DNA from: Phoronis australis
Taxonomy: Eukaryota > Animalia > Phoronida
DNA length: 64,000 nucleotides
Assembly: GCA_002633005.1 (NCBI GenBank)
Contig: NMRA01000161.1
Coordinates: 538,959 to 602,958 of the forward strand
Direction: 5' to 3'
Shown one piece after another: positions 1-36,911 of this stretch. Made by a program: the position numbers and the translations under genes. Position 1 is the stretch's first letter; each line of letters opens with the position of its first letter. Below the pieces are notes generated by a model that was given only the letters and a program-made list of their open reading frames with translations, did not search any database and was not told the origin of the DNA.

Positions 1-419
1 CTACAATTGTATTACTTTAAACTATTTTCCGAAATTTTCATGATCTAACCGGCTAACGACGTTGAGTCGACATTGACCTACCTTTTGAACCTTCAATGTC
101 AGAGATCACTGTTGAAGTAGTGCGGGAGGTGAATACGAAAAGCATGGCCGTATTTCCCTCGATAGATTCAACGCGTATGGGATAAAAACATTATCTATCT
201 AGTGTAGCGCAACATACAACTAAAATTCGAGGGACAAAATTGGAAAAATTAAATATCATTAACCGTGTTTTATGAGATTACCTTCCAAACTGAATCTCGA
301 AAATTCGTGCCTTACATTGCTGAGGTGAGAACAATATAATATGCATTTACTCACTAACAAAATTACCATAGTCAAATCTCCCTTCCCAAAGAAATGAAGT
401 CAAAAAATTCGGACAACAC

Positions 420-485
420 TTCTCAATGATATCATGAAGAAGAAGCAGAAGAAGACGAAGAGGAAGAAGAACAAGAAGACAACCG
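420..485. repeat. Imperfect (GAA)n microsatellite
   Basis: gaagaagaagcagaagaagacgaagaggaagaagaacaagaagac. Confidence 0.8.
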
Positions 486-799
486 ATTAAACCACAGCAA
501 GAAAATGTCTACAGATTTCAAAATCAGTTATTTGAAAGTACAACAAACTGATTATGTATGTGATACCCCTGACATGATTTGGCTCGCCAGACAAAAGGGT
601 TAAGAGAAAATAGGTGAGAACATCCGATGACAAATGAAGCATGAACTTGTCAACAATTATGGTGTAGAGGCGAGTCATTAAAAATCCAGGTACAATATCT
701 CCAAGGATCTATCTGTGGGCAGGTTCAGACTCTCTCGACCTTTTCCTTTTTTGTAGTGACTGAAATTGACACAAAACATCACAAAATACCTGCTAGTCA

Positions 800-945
800 T
801 CACAAATATTTTAGTCTGGTCTGCACGCCACCTGTTGACCACACCGCGTGACCTAAAGAACATAAGTCTGAAGAGATTTCAGCCCCCGGCTGTGACTCGA
901 ACCCCGGACCTTCTGCTAACTGTGCAAACTGTTAGTATACTGTAT
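800..945 (-). mobile_element. tRNA-derived SINE head (degenerate)
   Basis: Minus strand reads ...ttagcagaaggtccgg-GGTTCGAGTCA-cagccgggggc, a Pol III B-box in a tRNA-like context; no complete cloverleaf. Confidence 0.5.
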
Positions 946-1953
946 TAATACTAGTGTAGAATTCCACTTATTAATTCACTGTATGATTGAACACATTTAC
1001 CTGAGAAATCGAGCCAAGTACACCCTGAAATTGCCTGGCATTGTTTTCGACACGTACGTTATATAGTATATCCGTATAATATATCAAATTGCATTCCAGC
1101 GGAAAACATTTCACTAATAATGAGATTTTCGGTTTAACGTAGAATTTCAATAGCAAAGTCCCACTTTTCTTTTTCTAGCAAAAATGCTAAATCAGGATAC
1201 AGATGGATGTATAACGCAACCAGGGACCGACAGGCGTTCACCGTTTAAAACTAAAACATAACAGTGACATCGTAAATAAAAGCACCGATGCATTTCATAC
1301 CCTCTATCTATCCGTTTGCAAGGAGCAATGCTGACCGGTATGGTGGCGGACATCAACCTCTTGTTGTTACAACACAATCCTATTGATTTCTTCAACTAAA
1401 AATTAATATTAAGGGAACGCCTTACCTCCACTGATCTGACACGAATTCCAACCTCAATGTGAATGGTTCGCAGCACCCTCATGCGACCGAAATCAGCAAA
1501 AGTACCCTACTGTTTCGCTAAGAACACATTCTCACGGAAGCATAGGTCTACCACATTTTTCTCTGGGCTTCTTGTAGTGAAAATTAGTCGTATCAGAACA
1601 GTGTTCTTCTCTTGACAATTTGTTGGAGTCAGTGATATGTTATGGAATACTGTATGCCAAAAGATTGGTTCGGTTTCGACTGTAACGATGACTTATAGAT
1701 GAATGCCAAGATCCACCGCAGCCACTTAAAAAATCCTTATGAATTGTTTATTTTATTTTTTGGCTTAATTCAGAATCCATGGGTAATTAATCGGAGAAGT
1801 AAAATGTTGTAGAAGCCCTGTTAATGGCCAGAAATGTATTTTAAAAGTCAGTCCTCAGTTTATATTCGGCATGAAACATTTGCGTTTTTTATTTAAGCAT
1901 TTAGTATTCATGGTAAATTAATATTTTTTTAATTATTAATTTATTACTTTTAG

Positions 1954-26009
<24,056 letters not shown>

Positions 26010-26534
26010 TTGACCACGAAATGAAACGCAGAATGGAACGTCTCGGATTTTGTCAGTCGTCTAATTCATTTGTATCAGTTTCGTAGCTGCTTTGGAATGG
26101 AATCATTGCGTGCACTTAAAATTGTTGAAGATGTTTTGTTCGCTTCAATGTTAGTTAACTCGATAAAAACGCAAACCAAAATAATCAAAATTAATTCTCA
26201 GACTATGCCTCTTCAACATATATTCACAAAATGCTGTAATTTCGGAAAGGTTTCAACAAATGCTTAGGAATGGCGAGGGAAAAATATCTCGAAGTACCGT
26301 TATGTATTGGCACCATTCTGCGCTCAGATTTCAACTGCAGGTGTACTAATTGTCTCTAGGTAGTTTTTAATAGCCGTTGTGAGTTTTGTTGTTATAAAAT
26401 TTCAAGTGAATTTTCGATAATTCGTTTAACTTTCCCCGAGCTTTCTTTTCGAATGCTGTGACGGACCGACCCTAACATCATCGTGGTGGTGTAATATAGT
26501 TATAATACATGTATGTTGTAAATTTTATATCAGA

Positions 26535-26540
26535 AATAAA
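26535..26540 (+). promoter_or_regulatory. Candidate polyadenylation signal of the DMBT1-like gene (second candidate at 26895-26900)
   Basis: AATAAA 526 nt downstream of the stop codon. Confidence 0.5.
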
Positions 26541-27479
26541 ATTGCTTGAAATATACTGGATTGTTACATAACATAGAGGGTGGGTGTACATCCCTTCTAC
26601 AAACATGACCAAAAAACGCCGCTGGCATGCTCCTTTGGGGCACCCACGGATATGTGTCCTTTAAGATTATGGCTAGATTCGCCAATGTGTTAATAAACGT
26701 GACACGTTTTAGAATTTTAATTGTATTTTGATCAAATAACAGCAGTTAAGACATTGTCAATCTAGAAACAGTTAAATTTGATTGTTTTAGTTTTGAAACT
26801 GCTGTTATTTGATCAAAATACTTAAAAGTCGTCAATGGTGTTAATTTTAAACGAAATATGATGTCGCGCCCTCCCTTGGTGAATTTGAGCTAAAAATAAA
26901 GCAACTACACTGTACGATAACAGTAACACATAATAATCTATGACGTTACCATTGGTTTGTTTTATAGCGTGCTCAAAGCATCTTCAAAGGTTCCTTCTTA
27001 GAACTTGTGAGGCTGTTAACATTACTTTTCAAAAAACAATTGATTTATACAAATAAATATCCAATTGTCACAGATTGAACCGCTTTGAAATGTGTACTTA
27101 CTTTGTGAATATTGGTTTTGTGTTTAAAGTTAAGGTATAAAGTGGTCGCCGTTTGTGTCTATGCACCGCCTGTCACCTCCCCTTTATTCATGACCAAATT
27201 CAAAACCACAAGCGGTGTATCGTTTTCAAGGCTGTCACAACGGTTTTTCGTTTGGAAGTAAGGTGACCGCCTCAGGCTTACGTCATCAAAGATTTGCCAG
27301 TTAACATAGACTGCACCGACAATTCATTGTCACAAACATTAAATATTGTTTTCAATGTGTCCAGCATCAACTTTAACACATGCTGCGTTTTATTTTATCC
27401 ATACAAAGGGCATTAATTCAGCATATTAGACCATGATCACGTTTGGCTCGTTTCGCTGACACGGTACAAATAACAATTC

Positions 27480-28690
27480 AGGAACCGTTTCGTCGACATC
27501 TCATTTCTGTGGCTGATTTATAAGTGAACTTCGGAAACTCTTTTACATTGATGCTGTCAGCACGCTTAAAGAACTTCAAGTCCGTGATATGATACATATC
27601 ACAGGCATTCAAAATACGCACAGTTGCGATTTTTTTACTTTGGTAGATACACAATAAGATTTGAGCGCGTTGCGGTTCGTAAAACACGTCGGATTTATTG
27701 AAATATTGAGAGAACACTGAAAGCAAGTAAAACGCTATAAATATTATAACGAAAGGAAACTTAGAACAAATTGATTGGAAGAATATAGAAACGTAAGCAA
27801 GAAAATTAGGGAAAACATAATGGTAACTCATATCGCAAAGTGAACGTGAAACGTGAACGAAAAAACAATGTTAACGTCATGACGTCATCCCCAGGACAAA
27901 CGGTTAATTCCAAGTGCATCTACAGATAATACATGCTAGGGAAGATTCCAGGGGATATAACTTCGTAATGTGTCTGTTGGTTAGACCGGATTTTGTGCGA
28001 AGCGATACAGATCGAATATTATTGTCACGTCCTACATTTAACTCATCAACTTTTCCTAGTTGGCAAAGTATTCTTGGTAAATTGTCATCATGTATTAAAA
28101 CAATGTCTCCAATCTGTATCGAAAAGGATTCCCTGTTTTCTTCTGATTGTTTGACATTTCCCTTAGTGACGTCAAATACTCGTGTTTCCACCGCTGAACA
28201 AATGTGCTAATCAAATGAGAACGTTTGTTGTACACGGCTTCGAGAGCTGTTTGATGGAAGTCAAGATCGGAGAGTTCTTCTTCTTCAACATGCCGTAAAT
28301 TTCCAATAGCACGACTATAGATGAGTTGGTTTGAAGTGAGTGGATCTGCGTCAGAAATGTCACTGGACAAAAATGTTAGTGGGCGGTTGTACGCATTCGC
28401 ATTCTGTGAGAACAGTGTTTAGCTCATGATAATCAATCTTAAATCGACCGAGCACCTTCTTAATAGTAGTTTTTGTGAGTCCAATCAATCTTTCCCAAAA
28501 TCCTCCATACCATGGAGCTCTTCTAGGAATGAATTTCCACTCAATGTTTCTGTGAGTCAGAAAGTCTTGAACTTTTGCTGAATTCATGATCTGTTGAATT
28601 TCTTGGGGTGAACCGACGAAATTAGTACCATTGTCCGACAACATTATTTTGGGCGTTGAAGGACGGCTAAAAAATCTTCGAAACGCGAGT
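27480..28690 (-). mobile_element. BEL/Pao LTR retrotransposon 3' fragment (integrase, DUF5641-type C-terminus, probable LTR remnant)
   Basis: LAFRRFFSR..PKIMLSDNGTNF, WKFIPRRAPWYGGFWERLIGLTK, RWKHEYLTSLRE, IGDIVLIHDD.LPR...GRD..IRSV...R.ITKLYPLE; frameshifted; LTR limits uncertain. Confidence 0.92.
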
Positions 28691-28691
28691 A

Positions 28692-29805
28692 TTCTAAATT
28701 GACAAGCGTGACTGACAGGTTTGTAGAAATATTACTCAATGGAGAAGTGTTTATTTGACTAATTTTCTATCTTTCGGGGAAGTTACTAGTTGTACCTTGC
28801 CACGTCACAGAACCAATATTGGATAAAAGTGCTAAAAGAAGAGTAGATATCTATTTTCATCTCTTGACTAAAAGTAACACTGTTTCCGAGCACCAGGTGT
28901 GCAATAGAGGTGAAACCAGGTTATTCTCTCCCAACATAGTGTAAAAATGTAATCATTGTAACTGATTTCTTTTAATAGCAATCAATCGTATTTTAAAAAG
29001 CGTAACAGAACCGATACTGTCCTGTTGTTGATCTTCTTGTGTTCGTTTCTTAGGCAATGTACTGAAAACAACTGATGGTGCGTCCCCTGCTGGGATTCAA
29101 GCAGTGCCAGCTTTAGTTGGAACTGTCGTCCTAATGGCTGTGGTCATATGTGCTTTACTCGAAGTTGCGCTTTTCCGTTGAACGAAGTCTCCACGTTCAA
29201 ATGGTTATGCTCGAGTTGCCGTTCTGTGATTGACTGCAAACTAAAACGCAGAATGGAACGTGTCTTATTCATATGTTGTGGTTTCTTAGCTGCTTTGCAA
29301 TGGAATCAGTGCGTGTTGCATCTGTGTATGATGTCGCACCCCCCTTTCGTGAGTTTGAATGAACTAATAAAGCAAGTACGATAACAGCAAAACATAATGA
29401 ACTATGACGTCGCGAATGATTTGTTTTATGCCGTGCTCAAAGCATCTTGAAAGATTCCTTATTGGAACTTGTTACACAGTTAACGATAACTTTTCAAAAA
29501 AACAATTGATCCATACAAATAAATATCCAATTGTCACAGACTCAACGGCTTTGAAATGTGTACTTACCTAACGAACTTTGTTTTAATATTTAAACTTAAG
29601 GTACAAAGTGGTCGCCGTCTGTGTCTACGCAGCGCCTCCCACCTCTCCTCTGTTCATGACCAAATTTAAAACCGCAAGGGGTATATCGTTTTCAAGGCTG
29701 TCATAACTGTATTTCGTTCGGAAGTTAGGTGCCTCCCCCCCTCTCTTACGTCATCAAAGATTTGACAGTTAACATAGTCTGCACTGACAGTTCATTGTTA
29801 CAGTG
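28692..29805 (+). repeat. Degenerate tandem duplicate of the last intron end, terminal exon and 3' UTR of the DMBT1-like gene (copy of ~25531-27340 lacking ~26115-26855)
   Basis: Colinear similarity, e.g. caccaggtgtgca...gtaatcattgtaactgatttct...gcagtgccagctttagttgg...cttacgtcatcaaagatttg. Confidence 0.92.
29054..29181 (+). pseudogene. Duplicated terminal exon with premature stop directly after the TM (pseudo-exon or alternative tailless exon)
   Basis: Intact ttcttag acceptor; NVLKTTDGASPAGIQAVPALVGTVVLMAVVICALLEVALFR* (CGA>TGA); ancestral stop still at 29227-29229; AATAAA at 29366. Confidence 0.7.
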
Positions 29806-31738
29806 ATTAAAAGTCGTCACAGCATTTGTGCCGACAGCTAACGTACTCAATAAGCAGTGAATGTCACGACAAAAATACATTGGACGTTTCTGGAAATGGA
29901 TGCCACTCGAAAACATTACTCAGAAGTCATCAAAAGCGATATTTGCTCATTTTGAGACTGGTAAAATTGCCGCGATTTCAAAGTCTAGAATGCCTTTTCG
30001 CTGAAAATATCGGTTACACCCACCACTGAAACTACTGCCAAACACAAGGTTGTCATCAGGATGGATGTAGTTAGATGAAACTAGTCTTCATCATTAAGCG
30101 ATTTTATTTTTGTTATAACATCGTCAATTTTGTCCTCCGCCCACTAATTCATCAAATACACGATTTGGAGGAACTGCTGGTTTTAACTGCTTCAGACGAG
30201 CGACAGTTGGCTTTTAGCTGAATGAATTACATCCCGATTCCGTACTGCATCGTCCATTTTTTACGTGACGTTGGTGACAACACCACTAGAGGTGGTACGT
30301 GTGTGCTCAGAACTGCTTGAAACAGCCTCAAAATCCTGGGACTCGACTTTTGCCTTATTAAAAACGAATCGATAGTAACATAGTGCTTTATGGTGGCCCA
30401 AAGATGACATCGCGCCTTTCTTTTTTAATTATCTCAGGATCTCGAGAACCTGACTTAATTATCTCGGGATTTTGAGATCTCGATGGTGTACGTATACAGT
30501 TTTCTGGTGCGTCGTATTGCCACACCATCTGGATCGACAGTACAAAGAATGATTAGCACAGTTTCGAAGAGATTAGTGACATATTTGTGGTGCATGGATT
30601 TATAACCCTTTTTTCCCGTGACAACGATATTTGTCGGTCTATGAAACCAATTGCATGAGTTGATTGTCATAAAATGCCACCGAGAGTAAGCCAGTCCATG
30701 GAACTCGTAGTTCGTAAGCCGTCACGTTTCTCCAGAATTTTGCCTTTCGCTTATAATTTTTTTATTATTAAACTAAGTCAAGACTGCACTCACTAGCGTA
30801 GTCAAATTTGGGAAGCACTTAAGTTCCCCCCTCAAGGACGAGTGGCTTCCTCTCTCCACGGTAATACAATGTACATCAATTTTTCATCGAAATAATTTTC
30901 ATATGTTTCTTTTGTTTTTCAATTCTTGAATTTTCAAAATAAAGCAAATACATCAAGAAAAATGTGTGCCTAAGAGAAATAACTTACATCGTGCACACAA
31001 ACACGTACGCACGTACGACACACACACACGCGCGCGCAAACACACACACGCACACACTCACACAATCTAATTTTCCCGTCCTCAATTAACAGTTTTTGCC
31101 CTTTCTAAATTCAGAAAAATTCCCTCACCAACTCCACCTTCATCCAAGTCTGTCCTTTGAGTTCTTAATAAGTTCAACCAACTTTTCTTCCCCTGCGTTT
31201 TCTGATTTATTTTTTCATCTTCGAGTACCTCATTGTTTATTACCTTATTTATGTTTTAACTATTTCCCACTTTGTTTTTTACTTGGATAACTACAAGTAA
31301 CGATTATCGTTAATAATGGCATAAAAATGTTTCTCTTAAAAGTTTGTACACCAGCACTCTTACCACCGAACCATAAGGTAGTCTTAATAATCGTCAGCGA
31401 ACATTGCCCTATGGAAACTGGGTCGACCACTTCGTTCACTTGCACATGTCAAAAATATATTCTACACTTAAAGCTATCACTTAAAAAGCGCTTACGTTCT
31501 TCACTGATCCTTTCTGCTTCTAAACATACATTCGACGAAGCATAGCTACGAGAATTAAGGTGACTTTGATCCACAAACTGGGCTTGATTAGAACTTTAAC
31601 CTATCGTGTGATACCTATCCCCAACATAGAGGAGGCCATCGATGCTGAGTTAGATTATAACAAAACTGTGTTAAAGAAATGTGGTTGTTGTGATTGGCCA
31701 TTCCAGAACGCACAGTTTGACAACGGGAGAGACATCAG

Positions 31739-31989
31739 CAAGCACGCACCCAGAGGGGGGGGGGCTCGGGGGGCNCCCCCCCCCCCCCCCATTTGGCGAA
31801 GTAGGCAAAAAGGTCCGCACCTCAGAGACAAAAAGTCTGTGAAAATGGGACAAAAGTCCACTAAATAAGCGCAAACGCGCACTTCACAGTGGTGCTCCTT
31901 TTTTGTTAGACTGCCCGCTCTTTTGTTAACAAAATGTCCACAAGGTCAGGAATTCGAGCCCCCCATACACAAGGCTGGGTGAGTGCATG
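31739..31989. mobile_element. GC-rich MITE inserted in the Penelope fragment, 5-bp TSD ATCAG
   Basis: caagcacgcacccag / ctgggtgagtgcatg termini; atcag at 31734-31738 and 31990-31994. Confidence 0.8.
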
Positions 31990-32532
31990 ATCAGGATAAC
32001 GTTACCTTTTGTGCCAGGGATCTCAGGTTGGGTTAAATCTCATATATGAGGAGCCACGATATCTGTTTCATTTAAGCCCGTTAACGCCATAAGAAATCAG
32101 CAGATGAATGTGAAGGACAAGACTGCGAAAGAGAAACAATCTAACATAATGTATGTTATTTCATGCTCGGACCCAGGATGCAAGGAATCACATATTGGTG
32201 AAACCAAACAAGCCCTTAAAAGTCAGATCAGTCAACATTGCACGCCCAGTTACAGAGATTGTTGTGATTCGGCGGTATTCTCCCAGTATTCTCCTACATG
32301 GCTGGTACGGACCATTCTTTCTCCTTGGAGGATGTCACTATTCTAGATTGGGAAGAAAACTGGTTCAGGAGAGGGGATAAGGAAGCTATATATGAGAGAG
32401 TGGGGAATCCCAGTTTAAACAGACAAGGGGCCTGAGTTTTATGTTACCAAAAACTTGAGTTAGGGCGCTAAAGAGTATCCCGCGCAAATTGTGCTATCGA
32501 TCACACGATGAGTCACGTGACACCTCAGTGGC

Positions 32533-32563
32533 CTGCCGAAGTCCTCGAGATGAGGACGCAACG
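32533..32563 (+). ncRNA. Degenerate minimal hammerhead ribozyme core of the Penelope element
   Basis: CTGcCGA-a-GTCCTC-gagat-GAGGAC-GcAAC against consensus CTGANGA-stem II-GAAA; two core mismatches. Confidence 0.5.
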
Positions 32564-33499
32564 TAGCTAACTAAATTCCAGAGTCCAGTAATTGATTTAT
32601 TTTTTCATATTATTTACTCAACTGGATAATTCAAAATATTCATCATAATAATCTTTGTTACCTTAAGGGTTGAAATTTACAGAAGCATGTGGGTCATTAC
32701 CTGGATGCTCATGTTTGATTAAATGGAAGGGAACATTTTTACTTTTAGACCAGTTTTACGACAATTATCTAACAAAAGCAGTGTTTAGGGTGCACACTAA
32801 TTCCGGTAGAAAATTCAATACAAAAATGGCAAAAATTGGTTGATGCAGTCAGGGTTCTTTCCGTTTTGACGCTCAAGCAGATATTTCCAACAGTTGTTTA
32901 GGCTAAAACGTATTGTCGCTTAATTGAATGCGCAACTTTTCGAAAAAATCACAGATGAGAGACGATTTCATAACCCATTTCCAAGTCTGTTGAAAGGTAA
33001 AAGTTATATGTTTTCTGATGCACTCTGATATATGTAGTGCATTTTGGGAACTGATCGATGTACGAGTATAATTGAGTTTTGAAATTTGTTGAGGAACCAA
33101 AGTCGCCCCCCACCCGGAGCCTCCACAGTCACCCCCACTTTCGCTCTTGCCCCATACCCTTCCCGCTTCAGCCCCATCGCTACCAACTTGAATAAATGTT
33201 GTCACCGGACTACATAGAAAAATTGATTAAGATTATAGAAGTGAGAACGGATCATCCAACACCCCGAACACCCCCNCCCCCCCCCTCCTTGGGCTTCCCA
33301 TGGTCTCAAAACCCTCTAAACTAAACTATACCTTCAAATCCACTTAACATATACAAATTGTGATTTTTGTAGTCCGTCTTTTTATAAAACTGCTGTGTAA
33401 TCAATGTATATGAGTAGTCAAAATAGTGCAAAGTATACTCCGTAAAAGTACATGTCAACCAGCAATCGAGCAAAAGACAAAACTTTTGATTTTATGTGT

Positions 33500-34036
33500 A
33501 ATTTACTAAACTAGCCGAGTACTACCAAATCACACTGGCTTCATAATAACACATGCTATATCCTTTGCTCGCTTTTTCATTGAAAATTACCAAAATCAGC
33601 ACTTTGAAAATTCGCAAAAATTCTCAGTGTCTGAAAAGCCAGTACTTAAATACTAAAATGTCTATCTTAAATATCAAAAGTGTTTCTGAATCTTAAGGTC
33701 AGACAAATTTGCAGAAAAAATCATAGTAATATTGTTAGCTTTTATAATTTCTTAAAAGTTGACAGCTTTTATTGAAATAATTGTCGAAAAAGCAATTTTT
33801 GCAACATCGGCATAAAAACAGACAAAAGGTGACTTAATGCATATCTAGGGGTAGCCAAAGCACTCATAAAGTTTTAGAAAAATCTGTGGCGGTAGATGTG
33901 GAACTATTCGCAGGTGATCTCGGAAATTGCCTCTTTAAATACCCGGTTAACAGTTTGACTTCTGTTTCAGTGGCAGAGAACCCCTTTGAATAATGCAATT
34001 TAGTCTGTTTCGATGTTCGATGCCACTTTAACATGG
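33500..34036 (-). mobile_element. Old dispersed repeat (MITE-like); second copy at ~53600-54100 on +
   Basis: Reverse complement taaagtggcatcgaacatcg...ctaaattgcattattcaaa...ttctctgccactgaaacagaagtcaa matches 53604-53697. Confidence 0.6.
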
Positions 34037-34679
34037 TAATGGAGGGTCTATTACTACAATTATCGGCTGACATACGTCCAAGCTGGTATACTGAGGAGCA
34101 CTACGCAGACGATCTTGTTTTTGATACGTCTACTATCCTTCTTACAAGTGTATCAGCTTCGCTCAGAGACCACAGAATACGTCAACAACTTGGGCTTAGT
34201 CATATAATGTAGAAATAATTGACAGGAAAACAAAAGTGATTACGTGGGCCCGACAGTGTAGCCTGCATACGTCTGATGTACCGCAAAAGATGCAACGTCC
34301 ATGCACTCATTTCTTTGTTTTCTCATTCTTAAAGACTAGCAGGTCTTTTGACTGTATGTGCTTGTGTATGATCAATGTTGTAAGGTACATGCACTGGAGA
34401 GAAAAGAATTGAGTTGTTAAGAACTAGATTGTGGTGAATGAGAAAGGAACTAAAGCTCGTAAGAAAAGAATTCATTTAACGATCCAATTTTGACACATCT
34501 TATCTCAAAGGGTTATTCTGATTTAAAGTGGCCTGTTTCGTGCTTTTTCTCAGCTCCTCGCTGTTTTTACTGGCTTGTCTCTTTTTCTGTGCACTTGATG
34601 CTGACTTATCACACATGTTCACAGGAGACGCGTTTAAACTATACAAGAGACGCTTTGAAATATTGGAAAAATACGGAGA

Positions 34680-35110
34680 GCACTGTTCAGTCGACTGCCA
34701 GCTAGTCTGCCATGACCGGAAGTCTTACGGAGCCAAGCTTCATTTCCTAAGCATATCGCTCAGGCATCTTCGCGACAAGACATAGTTCTGCTGTCCGACG
34801 CAGCTCATCAAGTGGTACTAACCGAGCTGACAGTACCTTGGGAAACCTGAGTAGACGAGGCCAATGAAAGCAAACGGTTAAACTATGAAGAACTATGGGG
34901 AGATTGTGTCAGCAAGGGCTGGGCAAGCTCGTGTTTCAATTGAGGTTGACAGTACAGGGTTCCCAGCCAAATCATGACTCAGCTGACTTAAAACCTTCAT
35001 TTGTCAGTAACGACCAAGAGAAGACTCCTACGTGAGGCAGCTGAAGCAGACGAGTTTGCGTCGACTGGGATTTGGACGAGGTACGAACAACATCATCTGC
35101 TACCAGGCGA
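34680..35110 (+). mobile_element. HERO/NeSL-like non-LTR retrotransposon 3' fragment (restriction-like endonuclease)
   Basis: SRQDIVLLSDAAHQVVLTELTVPWET*VDEANESKRLNYEEL...KGW/IEVDSTGF, a decayed RPD..ELTVPWE..K..KY..VEVG..GF motif. Confidence 0.8.
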
Positions 35111-35750
35111 GACAAACATGCCGATCCACCACTGGAAGGAGATCGGGACTCAGTAAGACTTCCATCCAACCGACGTACAAAAGGAAGTTCTTTTTAAACC
35201 AGCAAGGAACAAATAATGATTCAAAAGATTTCTACCCTATAAAGACGAAGATTTCGAAACATGGGTCTCTCACAGTTGCTGTGAAGAGCTTAGTCAACCC
35301 TTCATTCAAAATTATATTAATTGGACCTTTGGTGCCGTTTGGTACAATTACATTCTTTAGTAAAAATTCGGGATGCAGTGACATTTACAAAAAATGTGAT
35401 AAACAAATTATTCGAAATTTTCAGGTAATGGTTCGCACTGTAGGTTCTTTGTTACGTGTTTTAACACCCTAATAACTATCAAAATCGCGCAACTGGGCAC
35501 TTAACGAGAACGCCCTTGCAGATCACGAGGGACTGTTTAAACACGTCTACATACACACGAACTCGTACATACATTTATGATGTAAAAACATCATTCGAAC
35601 CGAATGTTAGTAATGGTAGACGAAGCATTGTTAGTTTAATTTGAAAGAGAATTTCTTATGTCTTTGCATAATGCTATACATTTATACGTCATTAGTTCGC
35701 TACTCACTGGTTGGATTAAGCAGCACTACCCAGGACTCTGTTGTTTCGTA

Positions 35751-36911
35751 ATGTTGAGTCTACAAGCAGAGTTACTTTGTACAACGCTTCTAATTTCTCA
35801 CCTCGCTTTTGTCAACTGTGCCGCATTATTCAATGTTTATCAACAAAAGAATATCAAAGGACTGGTCTCTCGTTCAGAAGTAGTTTGGGAAGAGAGTAAA
35901 TGTCGACTGCTCTGCTTGAGAGATGGAAAATGTCGAGCCGTAAGTGCAACACGCCATAAGACAGGCTGCTATATTGAAAAAATTGAGTGTGGCATATTTA
36001 CTTGGGCTTATCAACCTTTCGCTCAGGCCCTTGTTTTGTTAAACGCCCCGACGTCAACAGTGTACGAAAAACAATTTGGCTTACCAAAATTCCGATGGTT
36101 AATTCTTCCTGGGATCACTGAAGTGTCGAGGTTGACGTGCGGTAGTGCGGGTGTCTGGGCCATCAACAAATACGGCAAACTTTATTATAAGATGGGCTCT
36201 CACACTTCGGTAAGAACAGTCACTGCCATGACGTCCACTGGTTGGAAGGACATGTCTGTTCTATTGGCGGGCGCCTTTGCCGCTAGTGTCTCCGCTGGTC
36301 ATGAAGTCCTTTGGTTTGTTCAAAAATCTGGAACAACTTATAACACGTTCTTTGTTCCAGAGCTTACTAATGAAACCGTCATTGAAAACCTTAAAGCGAC
36401 TAATCGAGTGAGTGTCCCAGGTAATATGAAACACGTCACCGTATCGCCTATATCCAGGAGCGTTTGGGCATCAAATACTGAACTTCACGAAATAGGGTAT
36501 GCGTACAGTTTTCACACAGGGCAAAATAGTTTCGTTGCTGTTGAGCCGATCGCCATGGGGTCTGCGTTGTGTATTGGCAGAGCAGGGGTGTGGATCGCCT
36601 ACGCCAATGTACTTGTCTACAAGAATGGAACTTACGGTGACAGACCAGGGGAAAAGGGAACAAACTGGAAGGGTGCTTATTCTTTTGAGTCTGTTACGAC
36701 TGAAGTTCGTCATATTGGAATCGGCCATGATTCAGTGTATTTCACAAATTCGGGAGGATTTCTTTTTAAAAGTACGACCATTCATGCAGCTGACCCAGAA
36801 AATACGGTTTTCTTTAATGTTGATTCAGGCGTTAACTTGATTGCTATGGACACGATCACAGGCGAACTTTTAAAGGTGTCAAATGAAACTACTGTTTGGT
36901 TGAGAGTTTAA
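35751..36911 (+). CDS. Secreted PAN/apple-like plus tectonin-type beta-propeller (TECPR/fish-egg-lectin-like) protein, single coding exon
   Basis: 386-aa ORF from Met 35751 (ORF open from 35658); signal-like LLCTTLLISHLAFVNCAA; C-x3-C-x5-C module (KCRLLCLRDGKCRAVS); repeats GVWAINKYGKLYYK..W, VSAGHEVLWFV, KHVTVS...VWA, GVWI...YKNG...GTNW, RHIGIG..VYFTN; AATAAA at 37075. Confidence 0.8.
   Translation: MLSLQAELLCTTLLISHLAFVNCAALFNVYQQKNIKGLVSRSEVVWEESKCRLLCLRDGKCRAVSATRHKTGCYIEKIECGIFTWAYQPFAQALVLLNAPTSTVYEKQFGLPKFRWLILPGITEVSRLTCGSAGVWAINKYGKLYYKMGSHTSVRTVTAMTSTGWKDMSVLLAGAFAASVSAGHEVLWFVQKSGTTYNTFFVPELTNETVIENLKATNRVSVPGNMKHVTVSPISRSVWASNTELHEIGYAYSFHTGQNSFVAVEPIAMGSALCIGRAGVWIAYANVLVYKNGTYGDRPGEKGTNWKGAYSFESVTTEVRHIGIGHDSVYFTNSGGFLFKSTTIHAADPENTVFFNVDSGVNLIAMDTITGELLKVSNETTVWLRV

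Larger units (their letters stand above)
31570..32640 (+). mobile_element. Penelope-like retroelement 3' fragment (RT thumb end, GIY-YIG endonuclease, 3' region)
   Basis: HKLGLIRTLTYR; KDKTAKEKQSNIMYVISCSDPGCKESHIGETKQALKSQISQH...SAV; ILDWEENWFRRGIREAIY...PSLNR; frameshifted. Confidence 0.88.

Noticed and set aside
35658-35750. Upstream ATG as start of the lectin ORF
   Set aside because: Met at 35751 directly precedes a signal-peptide-like segment; the upstream extension is probably 5' UTR, though not excluded
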